From a bacterium (GTDB lineage: Bacteria; Eisenbacteria; RBG-16-71-46), in the NCBI GenBank assembly GCA_043779265.1, contig JAYWEM010000016.1, positions 1 through 49,933 on the forward strand: a stretch of DNA of 49,933 nucleotides. Direction: 5' to 3'. Positions 1 to 8,482 of the stretch are shown here, piece by piece (position 1 is the stretch's first letter; every line of letters begins with the position of its first letter). The notes under the pieces were generated by a model, which made no database searches, had not been told where the DNA came from, and saw only the letters and a list, made by a program, of their open reading frames with translations. The position numbers were made by a program, and so were the translations under genes.

Positions 1-102
1 ATCTACCACGGGCGCATCGTCACGATCCTCAAGCCGGACGCCAGCGACGAGCAGTTCGGGCTGGCGATGGCAGGCGAGCTCGCCGAGGCGGCTCACGCGT
101 GA
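1..102 (+). CDS. Sugar-type ABC transporter ATP-binding protein, C-terminal fragment (5' end outside window)
   Basis: Frame 1 reads IYHGRIVTILKPDASDEQFGLAMAGELAEAAHA*, resembling the 'xGxI...GLxMAG' tail of CUT2-type ABC ATPases. Its stop overlaps the GTG start of the permease (GTGA). Confidence 0.7.
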   Translation: MYHGRIVTILKPDASDEQFGLAMAGELAEAAHA

Positions 103-1151
103 GCGGCCGGGCCGACCTGCTCAAGAGCGTGCAGGAACAACTGCGCGAGGTCGGTATCCCGCGCCTCGTGATCGGTCTGTTCCTGGCGATCCTGTTCGCG
201 ATCGCCGTGGCGAAGCAGATGGATGTGCCGGGCCTCGTCACCGACTCGCTGCTGCGCGTCGGCCGCAATGGCCTGCTCGTGCTGGCGCTGCTGCCCGCCG
301 TGCAGGGCGGCGTCGGGCTCAACTTCGGCCTGCCGCTCGGCATCCTGTGCGGGCTGGTGGGCTGCGTCACCGCGCTCGAGCTGAAGATCGTCGGCTGGCC
401 CGGGCTGGCCGCCGCCGCCGCCATCGGCATGCTGCTCGCCGCCCCGGTCGGCGCGGGCTACGGCTGGCTTCTCAACAAGACGCGCGGCCAGGAGATGATG
501 GTCGGCACCTATCTCGGGTTCGCGGCCGTCTCATTCATGAGCATCTTCTGGGTGCTGGCGCCCTACCGCGATCCGTCGCTGGTGTGGGCGATCGGCGGCA
601 AGGGGCTGCGCACCACGCTGACGCTGGCCGGCGGCTTCGATAAGTTGCTCGACAAGCTGTGGGCGTTCGAGATCGCGGGGGTCACGGTCCCCACCGGAAC
701 GCTGCTGATGTTCGCCTTCATGTGCCTGCTCGTGTGGCTGTTCTTCCGCTCGCGCGCCGGGATCAGCATCAGTGCCGCCCGCAGCAATCCGCGCTTCGCC
801 CGCGCCGCCGGCATCTCCGATTCGAACACACGCATCCAGGCGACCATGATGAGCACGATGTTGGGCGCGTTCGGAATCGTGATCTTCGCGCAGAGCTACG
901 GGTTCATCCAGCTCTACACGGCGCCTCTGCTCATGGCGTTCCCGGCCGTCGCGTGCCTGCTGATCGGCGGCGCCGCCGTCTCGCGCGCCACGATCACCCA
1001 CGTCGTGGTCGGCACCGTACTGTTCCAGAGCATCCTCACGGTGGCACTGCCGGTCACCCAGCAGGTCATCGAGGGCGACATCAGCGAGACTGCGCGGCTC
1101 ATCATCCAGAACGGCATGATCCTCTACGCGCTGACGAGGCGGAACGACTGA
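99..1151 (+). CDS. ABC transporter permease (BPD_transp_2-like)
   Basis: 350 aa multi-TM protein with GxGLNFGLPLG motif, 'RSRAGISISAARSNPRFARAAGI' EAA-like loop and 'LLIGGA' motif. Translationally coupled to both neighbours. Confidence 0.85.
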   Translation: MSGRADLLKSVQEQLREVGIPRLVIGLFLAILFAIAVAKQMDVPGLVTDSLLRVGRNGLLVLALLPAVQGGVGLNFGLPLGILCGLVGCVTALELKIVGWPGLAAAAAIGMLLAAPVGAGYGWLLNKTRGQEMMVGTYLGFAAVSFMSIFWVLAPYRDPSLVWAIGGKGLRTTLTLAGGFDKLLDKLWAFEIAGVTVPTGTLLMFAFMCLLVWLFFRSRAGISISAARSNPRFARAAGISDSNTRIQATMMSTMLGAFGIVIFAQSYGFIQLYTAPLLMAFPAVACLLIGGAAVSRATITHVVVGTVLFQSILTVALPVTQQVIEGDISETARLIIQNGMILYALTRRND

Positions 1152-2236
1152 TGAGCGCGCCCGCGCCGGTGACCCCGAAGCGCCGCGGCCCCGACTGGGG
1201 TTCGATCGCCGTGCCCATGTTGTTCTTGGTGCTGTGCCTGTTCGGCATCTGGGTCGCCGAGATCTCGCCGCAGTACCTGATGCGCGAGATGCTGGCGCGC
1301 TTCAGTCGCAACGCCCTGCTCGTGATGTCGCTGCTCATCCCCATCCTCGCCGGGCTCGGGCTCAACTTCGGCATCGTCATCGGCGCCATGGCCGGCCAGA
1401 TCGCCGCGATCATCGTCACGTTCCTCGGCATCGGCGGCATCGGTGGCTTCGCGCTGGCGTGGGTGATCGCAACGCCGATCGCACTCGTGTTCGGGGTGGG
1501 CACCGGCCATCTGTTCAATCGTGCCAAGGGCCGCGAGATGGTGACCGGACTGATCGCCGGGTTCTTCGCCAACGGCATCTACCAGCTCGTGTTCCTTTTC
1601 ATGGTCGGCTCGCTGATCCCGATCGTCGCGCCCCAGCTCATCCTGCCGCAGGGATTCGGGCTGCGGAACACGGTCGACCTGCTCGGCATCCAGTACGCGC
1701 TCGATGACCTGGTGCCGATCAAGATCATGCTCGAGAGCTCGCGGGTGCGCGTCCCGCTCATGACCATCGTGGTGATCGGACTGTTCTTCCTGTTCAACCA
1801 GTTCTTCCTGCGCACCAAGCTGGGCCAGGAACTCCGCGCGATGGGTCAGGATCCGCACATCGCGGCCAACTCCGGGATCGCGGTGGATCGCAATCGCATC
1901 ATCGCCACGGCGCTGAGCACGCTGTTCGCCGCGTGGGGGCAGCTGCTGTTCCTGCAGAACATGGGAACGCTCAACACCTACAGCTCGCACGAGCAGGTGG
2001 GCATGTTCTCGATCGCGGCACTGCTCGTCTCGGGAGCGACGGTGACGAAGGCCACCGTGTGGCAGGCGGTGATCGGCACGCTGTTGTTCCACACGCTGTT
2101 CGTCGTCTCGCCGCTGGCGGGCAAGGCCTTGGCGGGTGACGCGCAGATCGGCGAGTACTTCCGCGTGTTCGTCGCCTACGCCGTCATCACGATGGCGCTC
2201 GTCCTGCACGCCTGGCAGGGCCGCAAGAAGAAGTAG
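1151..2236 (+). CDS. ABC transporter permease (second, paralogous)
   Basis: True start is the ATG at 1151 overlapping the upstream TGA (the track ORF from 659 is over-extended). Has GLGLNFGIVIG, 'RTKLGQELRAMGQDPHIAANSGI' loop and many TM segments. Confidence 0.85.
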   Translation: MSAPAPVTPKRRGPDWGSIAVPMLFLVLCLFGIWVAEISPQYLMREMLARFSRNALLVMSLLIPILAGLGLNFGIVIGAMAGQIAAIIVTFLGIGGIGGFALAWVIATPIALVFGVGTGHLFNRAKGREMVTGLIAGFFANGIYQLVFLFMVGSLIPIVAPQLILPQGFGLRNTVDLLGIQYALDDLVPIKIMLESSRVRVPLMTIVVIGLFFLFNQFFLRTKLGQELRAMGQDPHIAANSGIAVDRNRIIATALSTLFAAWGQLLFLQNMGTLNTYSSHEQVGMFSIAALLVSGATVTKATVWQAVIGTLLFHTLFVVSPLAGKALAGDAQIGEYFRVFVAYAVITMALVLHAWQGRKKK

Positions 2237-2367
2237 CGGCGGCTCACACGCCTCTCGATGTCCGGAAATCGCCCAATCCGGACTCCTCCAGCCGTTTCGG
2301 GGCATCCTGCACGCCCCAGTGGACCGCAGGCGCCTCGCGTCCTAGCATCGGGGCCAACGGAGAGACC

Positions 2368-3366
2368 ATGCCCACACGATCCCTGCTTGTCGACACCCAC
2401 GGGCGGACGGTCCGCGACCTGCGACTGTCCATCACCGATCGCTGCAATCTGCGGTGCGTCTACTGCATGCCGGCCGAGGGTATGCCGTGGCTGCCCAAGG
2501 ACCACCTGCTGAGCTTCGAGGAGCTGACGCGGCTGGCCCGTGTCGCCATCGAGTGCGGGGTCGAGGGCATCCGGCTGACCGGCGGCGAACCCACCGTTCG
2601 AGCCGAACTGCCGAGCCTGGTGCGCATGCTCAACGAGCTGAAGCCCGACCTCGACCTGAGTCTCACCACCAACGGCCTCAAGTTGGTCGAGATGTCGACG
2701 GCGCTTCGCGAGGCTGGCCTCGTGCGCATCAACGTCAGCCTCGATACGCTGGATCGCGAGCGGTTCCATCGCCTCGCGCGCCGCGACCGTCTGAGCGAGG
2801 TGTTGGCCGGACTCGCGGCCGCCAAGCAGGCCGGCTTCGCGCCGATCAAGCTGAACACCGTGCTCATGCGCGGCTTCAACGACGACGAGGTGCTGCCACT
2901 CGCCCGCTGGGCTCGCGACGAGGGCTTCGAGCTGCGCTTCATCGAGTGGATGCCGCTCGACTACCAGCGCCAGTGGGACCGCGCCAAGCTGGTGCCCGCC
3001 GATGAGATCCTCGCCACGCTGGCCTCGGAGTTCGACCTCGAGCCCTCGGCCGATGACGACCCGAGCGCACCGGCGCGCACGTTCCGCTATCGCGACAACG
3101 GTGTCCGCGTCGGCGTGATCGCCTCGGTCACGCGGCCGTTCTGCGGCCAGTGCGACCGCATCCGGCTCACCGCCGACGGCCAGCTCCGCACCTGCCTGTT
3201 CAGCAATCGCGAGTACGACTTCCGGGGCCTGATGCGCTCGGGCGGGGATGACGATGCGATCGAGGCGCTGCTGCGCTCGGCGGTGCACCGCAAGGAGCCG
3301 GGCCACTTGATCGGGCAAGCGGCGTTCGTCCAGCCCGAGCGGGGCATGAGCGCCATCGGCGGCTGA
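2368..3366 (+). CDS. moaA: GTP 3',8-cyclase (molybdenum cofactor biosynthesis, radical SAM)
   Basis: LRLSITDRCNLRCVYCMP (CxxxCxxC), RLTGGEP, second cluster FCGQCDRIRLTADGQLRTCLF, C-terminal MSAIGG. GGAGAG RBS upstream. Confidence 0.97.
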   Translation: MPTRSLLVDTHGRTVRDLRLSITDRCNLRCVYCMPAEGMPWLPKDHLLSFEELTRLARVAIECGVEGIRLTGGEPTVRAELPSLVRMLNELKPDLDLSLTTNGLKLVEMSTALREAGLVRINVSLDTLDRERFHRLARRDRLSEVLAGLAAAKQAGFAPIKLNTVLMRGFNDDEVLPLARWARDEGFELRFIEWMPLDYQRQWDRAKLVPADEILATLASEFDLEPSADDDPSAPARTFRYRDNGVRVGVIASVTRPFCGQCDRIRLTADGQLRTCLFSNREYDFRGLMRSGGDDDAIEALLRSAVHRKEPGHLIGQAAFVQPERGMSAIGG

Positions 3367-3414
3367 TCCGGAGTACAGGCCCGCGGAATCGCTGCGGCCG
3401 CGCCGGGATCGCGA

Positions 3415-4413
3415 TCAGGCCGTCTGGCCCTTCACGTCCGAGAGGTCCGGCCGCTCACCGAGGAACATGACCTCCTCCTCGAGCTCGACCGAGAAACTCT
3501 CGCGCACCCGCGCCTTCATGATCTCGGCCAGCGTCAGGACATCCTTCGCCGTCGCATGCCCGGCGTTCACCAGGATGTTGGCGTGCTTCTCGAACACCAT
3601 CGCGTCGCCGACGCGCAGGCCGCGACAGTCGCAGGCATCCAGCAGCGCTCCGGCGGGGATGCGATGCGTGCCGGGCGAGTGCGGCAGCCCCGGCACCTGG
3701 AAACCCGGCGGCAGGTTCTTGAAGTACGAGCCCGCGGTCGGTTCCTGACGCCACTGCGGGTGCTTCACGCGGCGGATCTCGAGCTTCTCCTCCATCTCCT
3801 GTTGGATCGCGGCACGGTCCCCCGGCTCGAGCTCGATGACGCAGCTGAGCAGCGCATGCGCTTCTCGCTTGAGTCGGGAGTCGCGGTAGCCGAACTCGAA
3901 CCACGTCTTCGGCTCGGTCGTGACGCGCTCGCCATCGAGCGTGGCGATCGAGGCCTCGATCATGCGCGTGCCGATGTCCTGGCCGTAGCAGCCGGCATTG
4001 CCGTAGACCGCGCCCCCGACCGATCCGGGGATCCCCGAGGCGTAGGCGAGTCCGGCGAGAGAGCGGTCGCGGCAGACTTCGATGAACCCGAGGAAGTCCG
4101 CGCCGCCACCGACCTGTGCCGCACGTCCATCGAACTCGATGCTGGCGCAGCGATTCACCACCGTGAGCCCCTTCAGCCCGGAGTCCGACACGAGCAGATT
4201 GCTGCCGCCGCCGACCAGATGGACCTCGATGCCGAGCGTGTGCGCGATGCGCAGTGCGCCGACGAGGTCGTCGGGGCTGGTGGGCACGACGAAGTACTCG
4301 GCCGGGCCGCCGACTCGGAAGGTCGTGTGATGCCGCATGGGCTCGGCGAGTCGCAGCGAATCACCGAGCTTCTGGCGCAGACGCTGCTCGATCGTGGGTG
4401 TGTGGAGGGTCAT
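3415..4413 (-). CDS. murB: UDP-N-acetylenolpyruvoylglucosamine reductase
   Basis: HTTFRVGGPA, GGGSNLLV, GIPGSVGGAVYGNAG, FGYRDS, TAGSYFKN, KHANILVN and LEEEV motifs. Confidence 0.95.
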   Translation of the reverse strand: MTLHTPTIEQRLRQKLGDSLRLAEPMRHHTTFRVGGPAEYFVVPTSPDDLVGALRIAHTLGIEVHLVGGGSNLLVSDSGLKGLTVVNRCASIEFDGRAAQVGGGADFLGFIEVCRDRSLAGLAYASGIPGSVGGAVYGNAGCYGQDIGTRMIEASIATLDGERVTTEPKTWFEFGYRDSRLKREAHALLSCVIELEPGDRAAIQQEMEEKLEIRRVKHPQWRQEPTAGSYFKNLPPGFQVPGLPHSPGTHRIPAGALLDACDCRGLRVGDAMVFEKHANILVNAGHATAKDVLTLAEIMKARVRESFSVELEEEVMFLGERPDLSDVKGQTA

Positions 4414-4447
4414 GAGCGGCGCAGCATCGCGTCAGGGCCGAGGAGGG

Positions 4448-4927
4448 TCAAACGCGGCGCGAGTCGAGGCGTCCACCTCGGACGGTCGCGCCGATCACCA
4501 GCCCGGCGCTCACCAGCACCAGGTTCTTGATGATGTACTGCCCCTCGAGTGTCGGCGCATACGGCACGTGCGTGAAGCACAGCTCCGGGAAGAACAGGAG
4601 CGGCGTCACCGTGCCGAGCATCTGCGTCCACAACAGGAGCAGCGTGAATCGCATCGCGACACCGCTCAGGAGCCCGAGTCCGATCGCGACCTCCCATGCC
4701 GCGAGCACCGGCAGCGCGGTCGTGGCGGGGACCAGTCCGAACGACAGCTTCGCGATGGTGTCGGCGGCCAGCGTCTGCGCCGGGCTCAGGCCGGGGAAGA
4801 ACTTGAGCGCTCCGAACCACACGAACACGAGGCCCAGACTCAGGCGCAGCGCGAGGATGCCGTGGCGGGCCATCCAACGGGCGGCCGCTTCATCGAATCG
4901 TTCGGCGACTTCCGGCAATCGGGACAC
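4448..4927 (-). CDS. DoxX/DUF417-like membrane protein
   Basis: LRLSLGLVFVWFGALKFFPGLSPA and PTLEGQYIIKNLVL motifs, about 4 TM helices. Start placed at GTG 4927 behind a GAGG RBS. Confidence 0.8.
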   Translation of the reverse strand: MSRLPEVAERFDEAAARWMARHGILALRLSLGLVFVWFGALKFFPGLSPAQTLAADTIAKLSFGLVPATTALPVLAAWEVAIGLGLLSGVAMRFTLLLLWTQMLGTVTPLLFFPELCFTHVPYAPTLEGQYIIKNLVLVSAGLVIGATVRGGRLDSRRV

Positions 4928-5069
4928 GAGGACCTCGCGGGAGCGGGACGGGCGGTTCGGCTCGCGCCCGATGCTCGCCACGCCGGGCCCGTGGCGCAAG
5001 CGAGCCCGACTGCCGCTACACTGCGGTCTGACGCGGCATCAGGCCGCGGCGATCCCAGGGAGGTGCCGC

Positions 5070-5291
5070 ATGGCATTGGAGATCCGCTACTGCGTGAAGT
5101 GAAACTACATGCCCCGAGCTGCCAGGTTGGCAGCTGAGATCAAGCAGGCGCGTGGCATCGAAGCGACGCTCCTGCCCGGCAGTGGTGGTGAGTTCGAAGT
5201 GAGTCTCGACGGCGCGCCGATCTTCTCGAAGAAGGCGCTCGGGCGATTCCCCGAGACCGAAGAGGTCCTGGCGCAACTGCCGACGAGCTGA
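5070..5291 (+). CDS. SelW/SelT/SelH (Rdx family) selenoprotein with in-frame UGA (Sec) at 5100-5102
   Basis: GGAGGT RBS then ATG 5070: MALEIRYCVK-U-NYMPRAARLAAEIKQARGIEATLLPGSGGEFEVSLDGAPIFSKKALGRFPETEEVLAQLPTS. CxxU motif plus the Rdx signatures GxFEV and 'IFSK...RFP'. The two track ORFs ending at 5102 and starting at 5109 are in the same frame. Confidence 0.92.
5117..5135 (+). promoter_or_regulatory. Putative bacterial SECIS hairpin
   Basis: Perfect 8-bp stem AGCTGCCA/TGGCAGCT with apical GGT loop starting 23 nt after the UGA, inside the coding sequence. This is the geometry of SelB-binding SECIS elements. Confidence 0.75.
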
Positions 5292-5312
5292 CGTGCCGGT
5301 GGGGCGGCGGCA

Positions 5313-5675
5313 TCAGCCCGCCGCCCCGCCCTTCTCCAGGCGCAGCGCGAAACGCCGCTCGCCGTCGGGCTCGAACACGATGGCATCGCCGACCGCGAGT
5401 TCCCGCTCGCGACACCACTTCATCATCCCCGGCAGCTTCGGCGAGCGCGGCCGGAACACCCACGAGCCGTACTGGATGTCGGTCTCGAACTCCCAACCGA
5501 GATCGGTCGCGATCGTGATCGGCCGCACCTCATACGGCCGCGGCGCGTCGGATGGGCCGCGCGGTCCGATGGCGTCCGAAGGGAAGCACTCGAGGATGTC
5601 CCACAGCGGAACATTGCGCTGGGTGAACGTCCACAGGTCCTCGGTCGTCCGGATCGCGATCCGCGCCGCGCTCAT
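5313..5675 (-). CDS. Hypothetical 120-aa protein, possible B3/EcoRII-N-like DNA-binding pseudobarrel
   Basis: ATG 5675 overlaps the TGA of the flavin reductase. Sequence MSAARIAIRTT...ECFPSDAIG...ITIATDLGWEFETDI...GMMKWCRERELAVGDAIVFEPDGERRFALRL. The fold assignment is by eye only. Confidence 0.65.
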   Translation of the reverse strand: MSAARIAIRTTEDLWTFTQRNVPLWDILECFPSDAIGPRGPSDAPRPYEVRPITIATDLGWEFETDIQYGSWVFRPRSPKLPGMMKWCRERELAVGDAIVFEPDGERRFALRLEKGGAAG

Positions 5676-6292
5676 CAGGCGGTCTCGCCGCTCGCCCGCG
5701 ACACGCGCGGCCGCGGGCGCTTCTCGACGTCGCGCAGGAGCGAGTACCACTCGCCGCCCAGTCGGCCCACCGCAGCCAGCTTGAGCGCATCGATGCGGCC
5801 GTCGCTGAGCATGGAGTCGTCGACGTGCGCCCACACCACTTCGCCCACGATGAGCACGCTGTTGCCCAATGGGATCTCGCGATGGAGCACGCACTCGAGA
5901 TGCAGCGGAGACTCCGCGACGCGCGGCGCCTTCACCCGTTCGGCAGGCGCCTCGGTCAGGCCCGAAGGCCCGAACTCCGAGGTGCCGCGCGGCCACTCGC
6001 CTGCCGTCTGGACCATCGCATCGAGCAGTGGCTCGCTCACGATGTTCACCACGAACTCGCGCGTCTGCTGGATGTTGCGCAGCGTGTCCTTGGGATCCCC
6101 CGAGCGCTCGTTGATCGCGATCGACAATAGAGGCGGCACGCTCGAGATCGCATTGAAGAACGAGAACGGCGCCAGGTTCGTGTGGCCGTCGGTGGCGCGC
6201 GTCGAGACGAACGCGATCGGTCTGGGGATGACGGCCGAGATGAGGAATCGATAGAGATCGGGGCCGGGAACGAGTCTGGGGTCGAGGTCCAT
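5675..6292 (-). CDS. Flavin reductase-like (DIM6/NTAB family) protein
   Basis: VIPRPIAFVST, NLAPFSFFN, KDTLRNI, EFVVNIV, APRVAESPLHLEC and VGRLGG motifs. Confidence 0.92.
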   Translation of the reverse strand: MDLDPRLVPGPDLYRFLISAVIPRPIAFVSTRATDGHTNLAPFSFFNAISSVPPLLSIAINERSGDPKDTLRNIQQTREFVVNIVSEPLLDAMVQTAGEWPRGTSEFGPSGLTEAPAERVKAPRVAESPLHLECVLHREIPLGNSVLIVGEVVWAHVDDSMLSDGRIDALKLAAVGRLGGEWYSLLRDVEKRPRPRVSRASGETA

Positions 6293-6325
6293 ATGGCCAT
6301 CCTAGCCGCCGGGGCCGTCGGCCCG

Positions 6326-6362
6326 AAACAAAGCGAGCCGGGGTCCGTGGACCCCGGCTCGC
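6326..6362 (-). terminator. Rho-independent terminator after the PDZ gene
   Basis: 13-14 bp perfect stem (GCGAGCCGGGGTC/GACCCCGGCTCGC) followed by TTTGTTT on the minus strand, about 15 nt past the stop at 6377. Confidence 0.85.
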
Positions 6363-6376
6363 CTGCTGTCGTCAGG

Positions 6377-6874
6377 TCAGTGGCTGGAGACGATGACCGC
6401 CGCGAACACCGGATCGAACTCGGCGCCACGGTGGGCGAAGCGGCTGGCCGCATCGGCCGGCATCTTCTCGAGCGTCACCTTCATCTGCTTGACCGACTTG
6501 CCACGCTGCACCTTGTACGTGACGGCGCTGCCGACGCTGCACTCGGCCTTGGACTCGCACATCTCACGCGACTTCTTGTCCGCGAGGTCGTAGCCGTTGA
6601 CGGCGAGCACGATGTCGCCCGTCTTGAGACCGGCCTTCTGGGCCGGGCTGTTCTTGGCGATGTCCGCAACCGTGATGGTGCCGGACGCCGAGCGCTCGAG
6701 CCACGCCCCTGCCCAGGCGTTGCTCGCCGAGGTCTTGGACGAGCTGCACGAGGACTTGCTGGCTGCGGCCGTGGCCTTGCTGTCACCCGAGCAGTGTGCG
6801 CCACCCGCGAATGCGGGCACCGCGAGCGCCAGGGCGAAGAGGGCTGCGGCTGAAGCCGTGAGCTTCTTCTGCAT
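6377..6874 (-). CDS. Small secreted PDZ-domain protein
   Basis: Signal peptide MQKKLTASAAALFALALAVPAFA, then PDZ signature 'VADIAKNSPAQKAGLKTGDIVLAVNG...VTYKVQRG'. Confidence 0.85.
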   Translation of the reverse strand: MQKKLTASAAALFALALAVPAFAGGAHCSGDSKATAAASKSSCSSSKTSASNAWAGAWLERSASGTITVADIAKNSPAQKAGLKTGDIVLAVNGYDLADKKSREMCESKAECSVGSAVTYKVQRGKSVKQMKVTLEKMPADAASRFAHRGAEFDPVFAAVIVSSH

Positions 6875-7104
6875 GAGAGCCTCCGGAAGCGAAAGTGGAA
6901 GTGACGGCCAGGAATGAGCCGGGCATGTGGCCCAGCGCTGAGGCGATGTTCGGCCCGGGAAGCAGGGCGAATCCAGACTGCTCCGACCAGCGGGCCCCAT
7001 GCAAGCACGAACGGACCAGCGCAGTGTGACTCGTCAACTCCGCGTCCAGCCCATGTCCCGCCCACGTGCGCGGGAGGGGGTGCTCGCGTAGTGTCCCTCG
7101 GCTC

Positions 7105-8427
7105 GTGACCCGCTCCCACCGAGATCCCAGCCTGCCTGTCACCACCCGCGAAGTCGTCCTCGCGTGGTGGCCGCTCGCCGCGAGCTGGCTGCTCATGGGG
7201 CTCGAGTTGCCGCTGGTCTCCGCGATCGTCGCGCGGCTGCCGGATGCGAAGCTGCAGCTCGCGGCCTTCGGCGGCGTCGTGATGCCCGTCGCGCTGCTGA
7301 TCGAGGCGCCCGTCATCATGTTGCTCTCGGCCTCGACCGCGCTGTGCCGCGACATGGCCTCGTACGCCATGGTCTCTCGGTTCATGTGGAGGTTGGGGGT
7401 CGCCTGCTCGGCGGTGCACGCGCTGGTGGCGTTCTCGCCGCTCTACGATCTCGTCGTCGTCCCACTGCTCGGCGTGCCCGAACCGGTTCGCGAACCCGCA
7501 CGGCTCGGACTGCAGATGATGGTGCCGTGGTCGATCGCCATCGCCTACCGCCGCACCCAGCAGGGCGTGCTGATCCGCACCGGCGACTCGCGCGCCGTCA
7601 GCATCGGCACCGCGGTCCGGCTGATCGCCAACATCGCCGTGCTGTCCGCGGCGCTGATGTGGCCCAAGCTGCAGGGCGCCACCATCGGGGCGCTCTCGGT
7701 CACGTTCGGCGTCATCGCCGAGGCGCTGTTCGTCCGCGCTCGCGTCCGCCCGGCGATCGCGCGCGGAGCATTGCCCGCCATCGATGGCTCGAGGCCGCCG
7801 CTCGATGCCGCCGCGTTCATGCGCTTCTATCTGCCGCTCTCGATCACGCCGGTCATCATGTTCCTCGGCATGCCGATCTCGACCGCGGCGATGACGCGCA
7901 TGCCGCTGCCCATCGACTCGCTCGCGGCATGGCCCGCCGTCACGGGGCTGCTGTTGACGTTGCGCAGCACCGGCTTCGCGTTCAACGAGGTCGTGGTCGC
8001 GCTGCTCGACCGGCCGGGCGCGGTGGAGAAGCTGCGCGCGTTCGCCTCGCGCCTCTCGCTGACGCTCACCGCACTCGTGCTGCTGGCCGCGATCCCCATG
8101 ATCGGCGGCTGGTGGTTCGAGCACGTCTCGGCGCTGCCGCCCGATGTCATCGGACTCGCGATCATGGCGCTCGCCGCGGGCGTGCCACTGCCCGCGCTGT
8201 CGGCCTACCAGAGCCTCTATCAGGGGACCCTGGTGCACGCGCATGCGACCCGGGCGGTGACCGAGTCCGTCGCACTGCAGCTGCTCGCGAGTTCATCCGT
8301 GCTGCTGTGGTGCGTCCGGAGTCAGCCGGGCCCGGGCATCATCTGCGCCGTCGGCGGCTTCACCGTGGGCGCCAGCATCCAGATGCTGTGGGTGTGGCGC
8401 CGAGCGAGGCGATTGAAGCTGGCGTGA
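7105..8427 (+). CDS. MATE/ANKH-like multi-pass membrane transporter
   Basis: About 12 TM helices in two repeated halves (WWPLAASWLLMGLE / FYLPLSITPVIMFLG), 'LAAFG' and 'QGVLI' motifs of the MOP superfamily. Start uncertain (GTG 7105). Confidence 0.65.
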   Translation: MTRSHRDPSLPVTTREVVLAWWPLAASWLLMGLELPLVSAIVARLPDAKLQLAAFGGVVMPVALLIEAPVIMLLSASTALCRDMASYAMVSRFMWRLGVACSAVHALVAFSPLYDLVVVPLLGVPEPVREPARLGLQMMVPWSIAIAYRRTQQGVLIRTGDSRAVSIGTAVRLIANIAVLSAALMWPKLQGATIGALSVTFGVIAEALFVRARVRPAIARGALPAIDGSRPPLDAAAFMRFYLPLSITPVIMFLGMPISTAAMTRMPLPIDSLAAWPAVTGLLLTLRSTGFAFNEVVVALLDRPGAVEKLRAFASRLSLTLTALVLLAAIPMIGGWWFEHVSALPPDVIGLAIMALAAGVPLPALSAYQSLYQGTLVHAHATRAVTESVALQLLASSSVLLWCVRSQPGPGIICAVGGFTVGASIQMLWVWRRARRLKLA

Positions 8428-8482
8428 CGAGGCGGGGTGGCGGCTGCCGCAGTCAACGGCAGCCCCCTCCCCGCTGCATTCC

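Noticed and set aside
2237..2367. Possible Moco riboswitch upstream of moaA (two TCCGGA palindromes)
   Set aside because: I could not identify the conserved multi-stem Moco RNA architecture by eye. An Rfam/Infernal scan would be needed.
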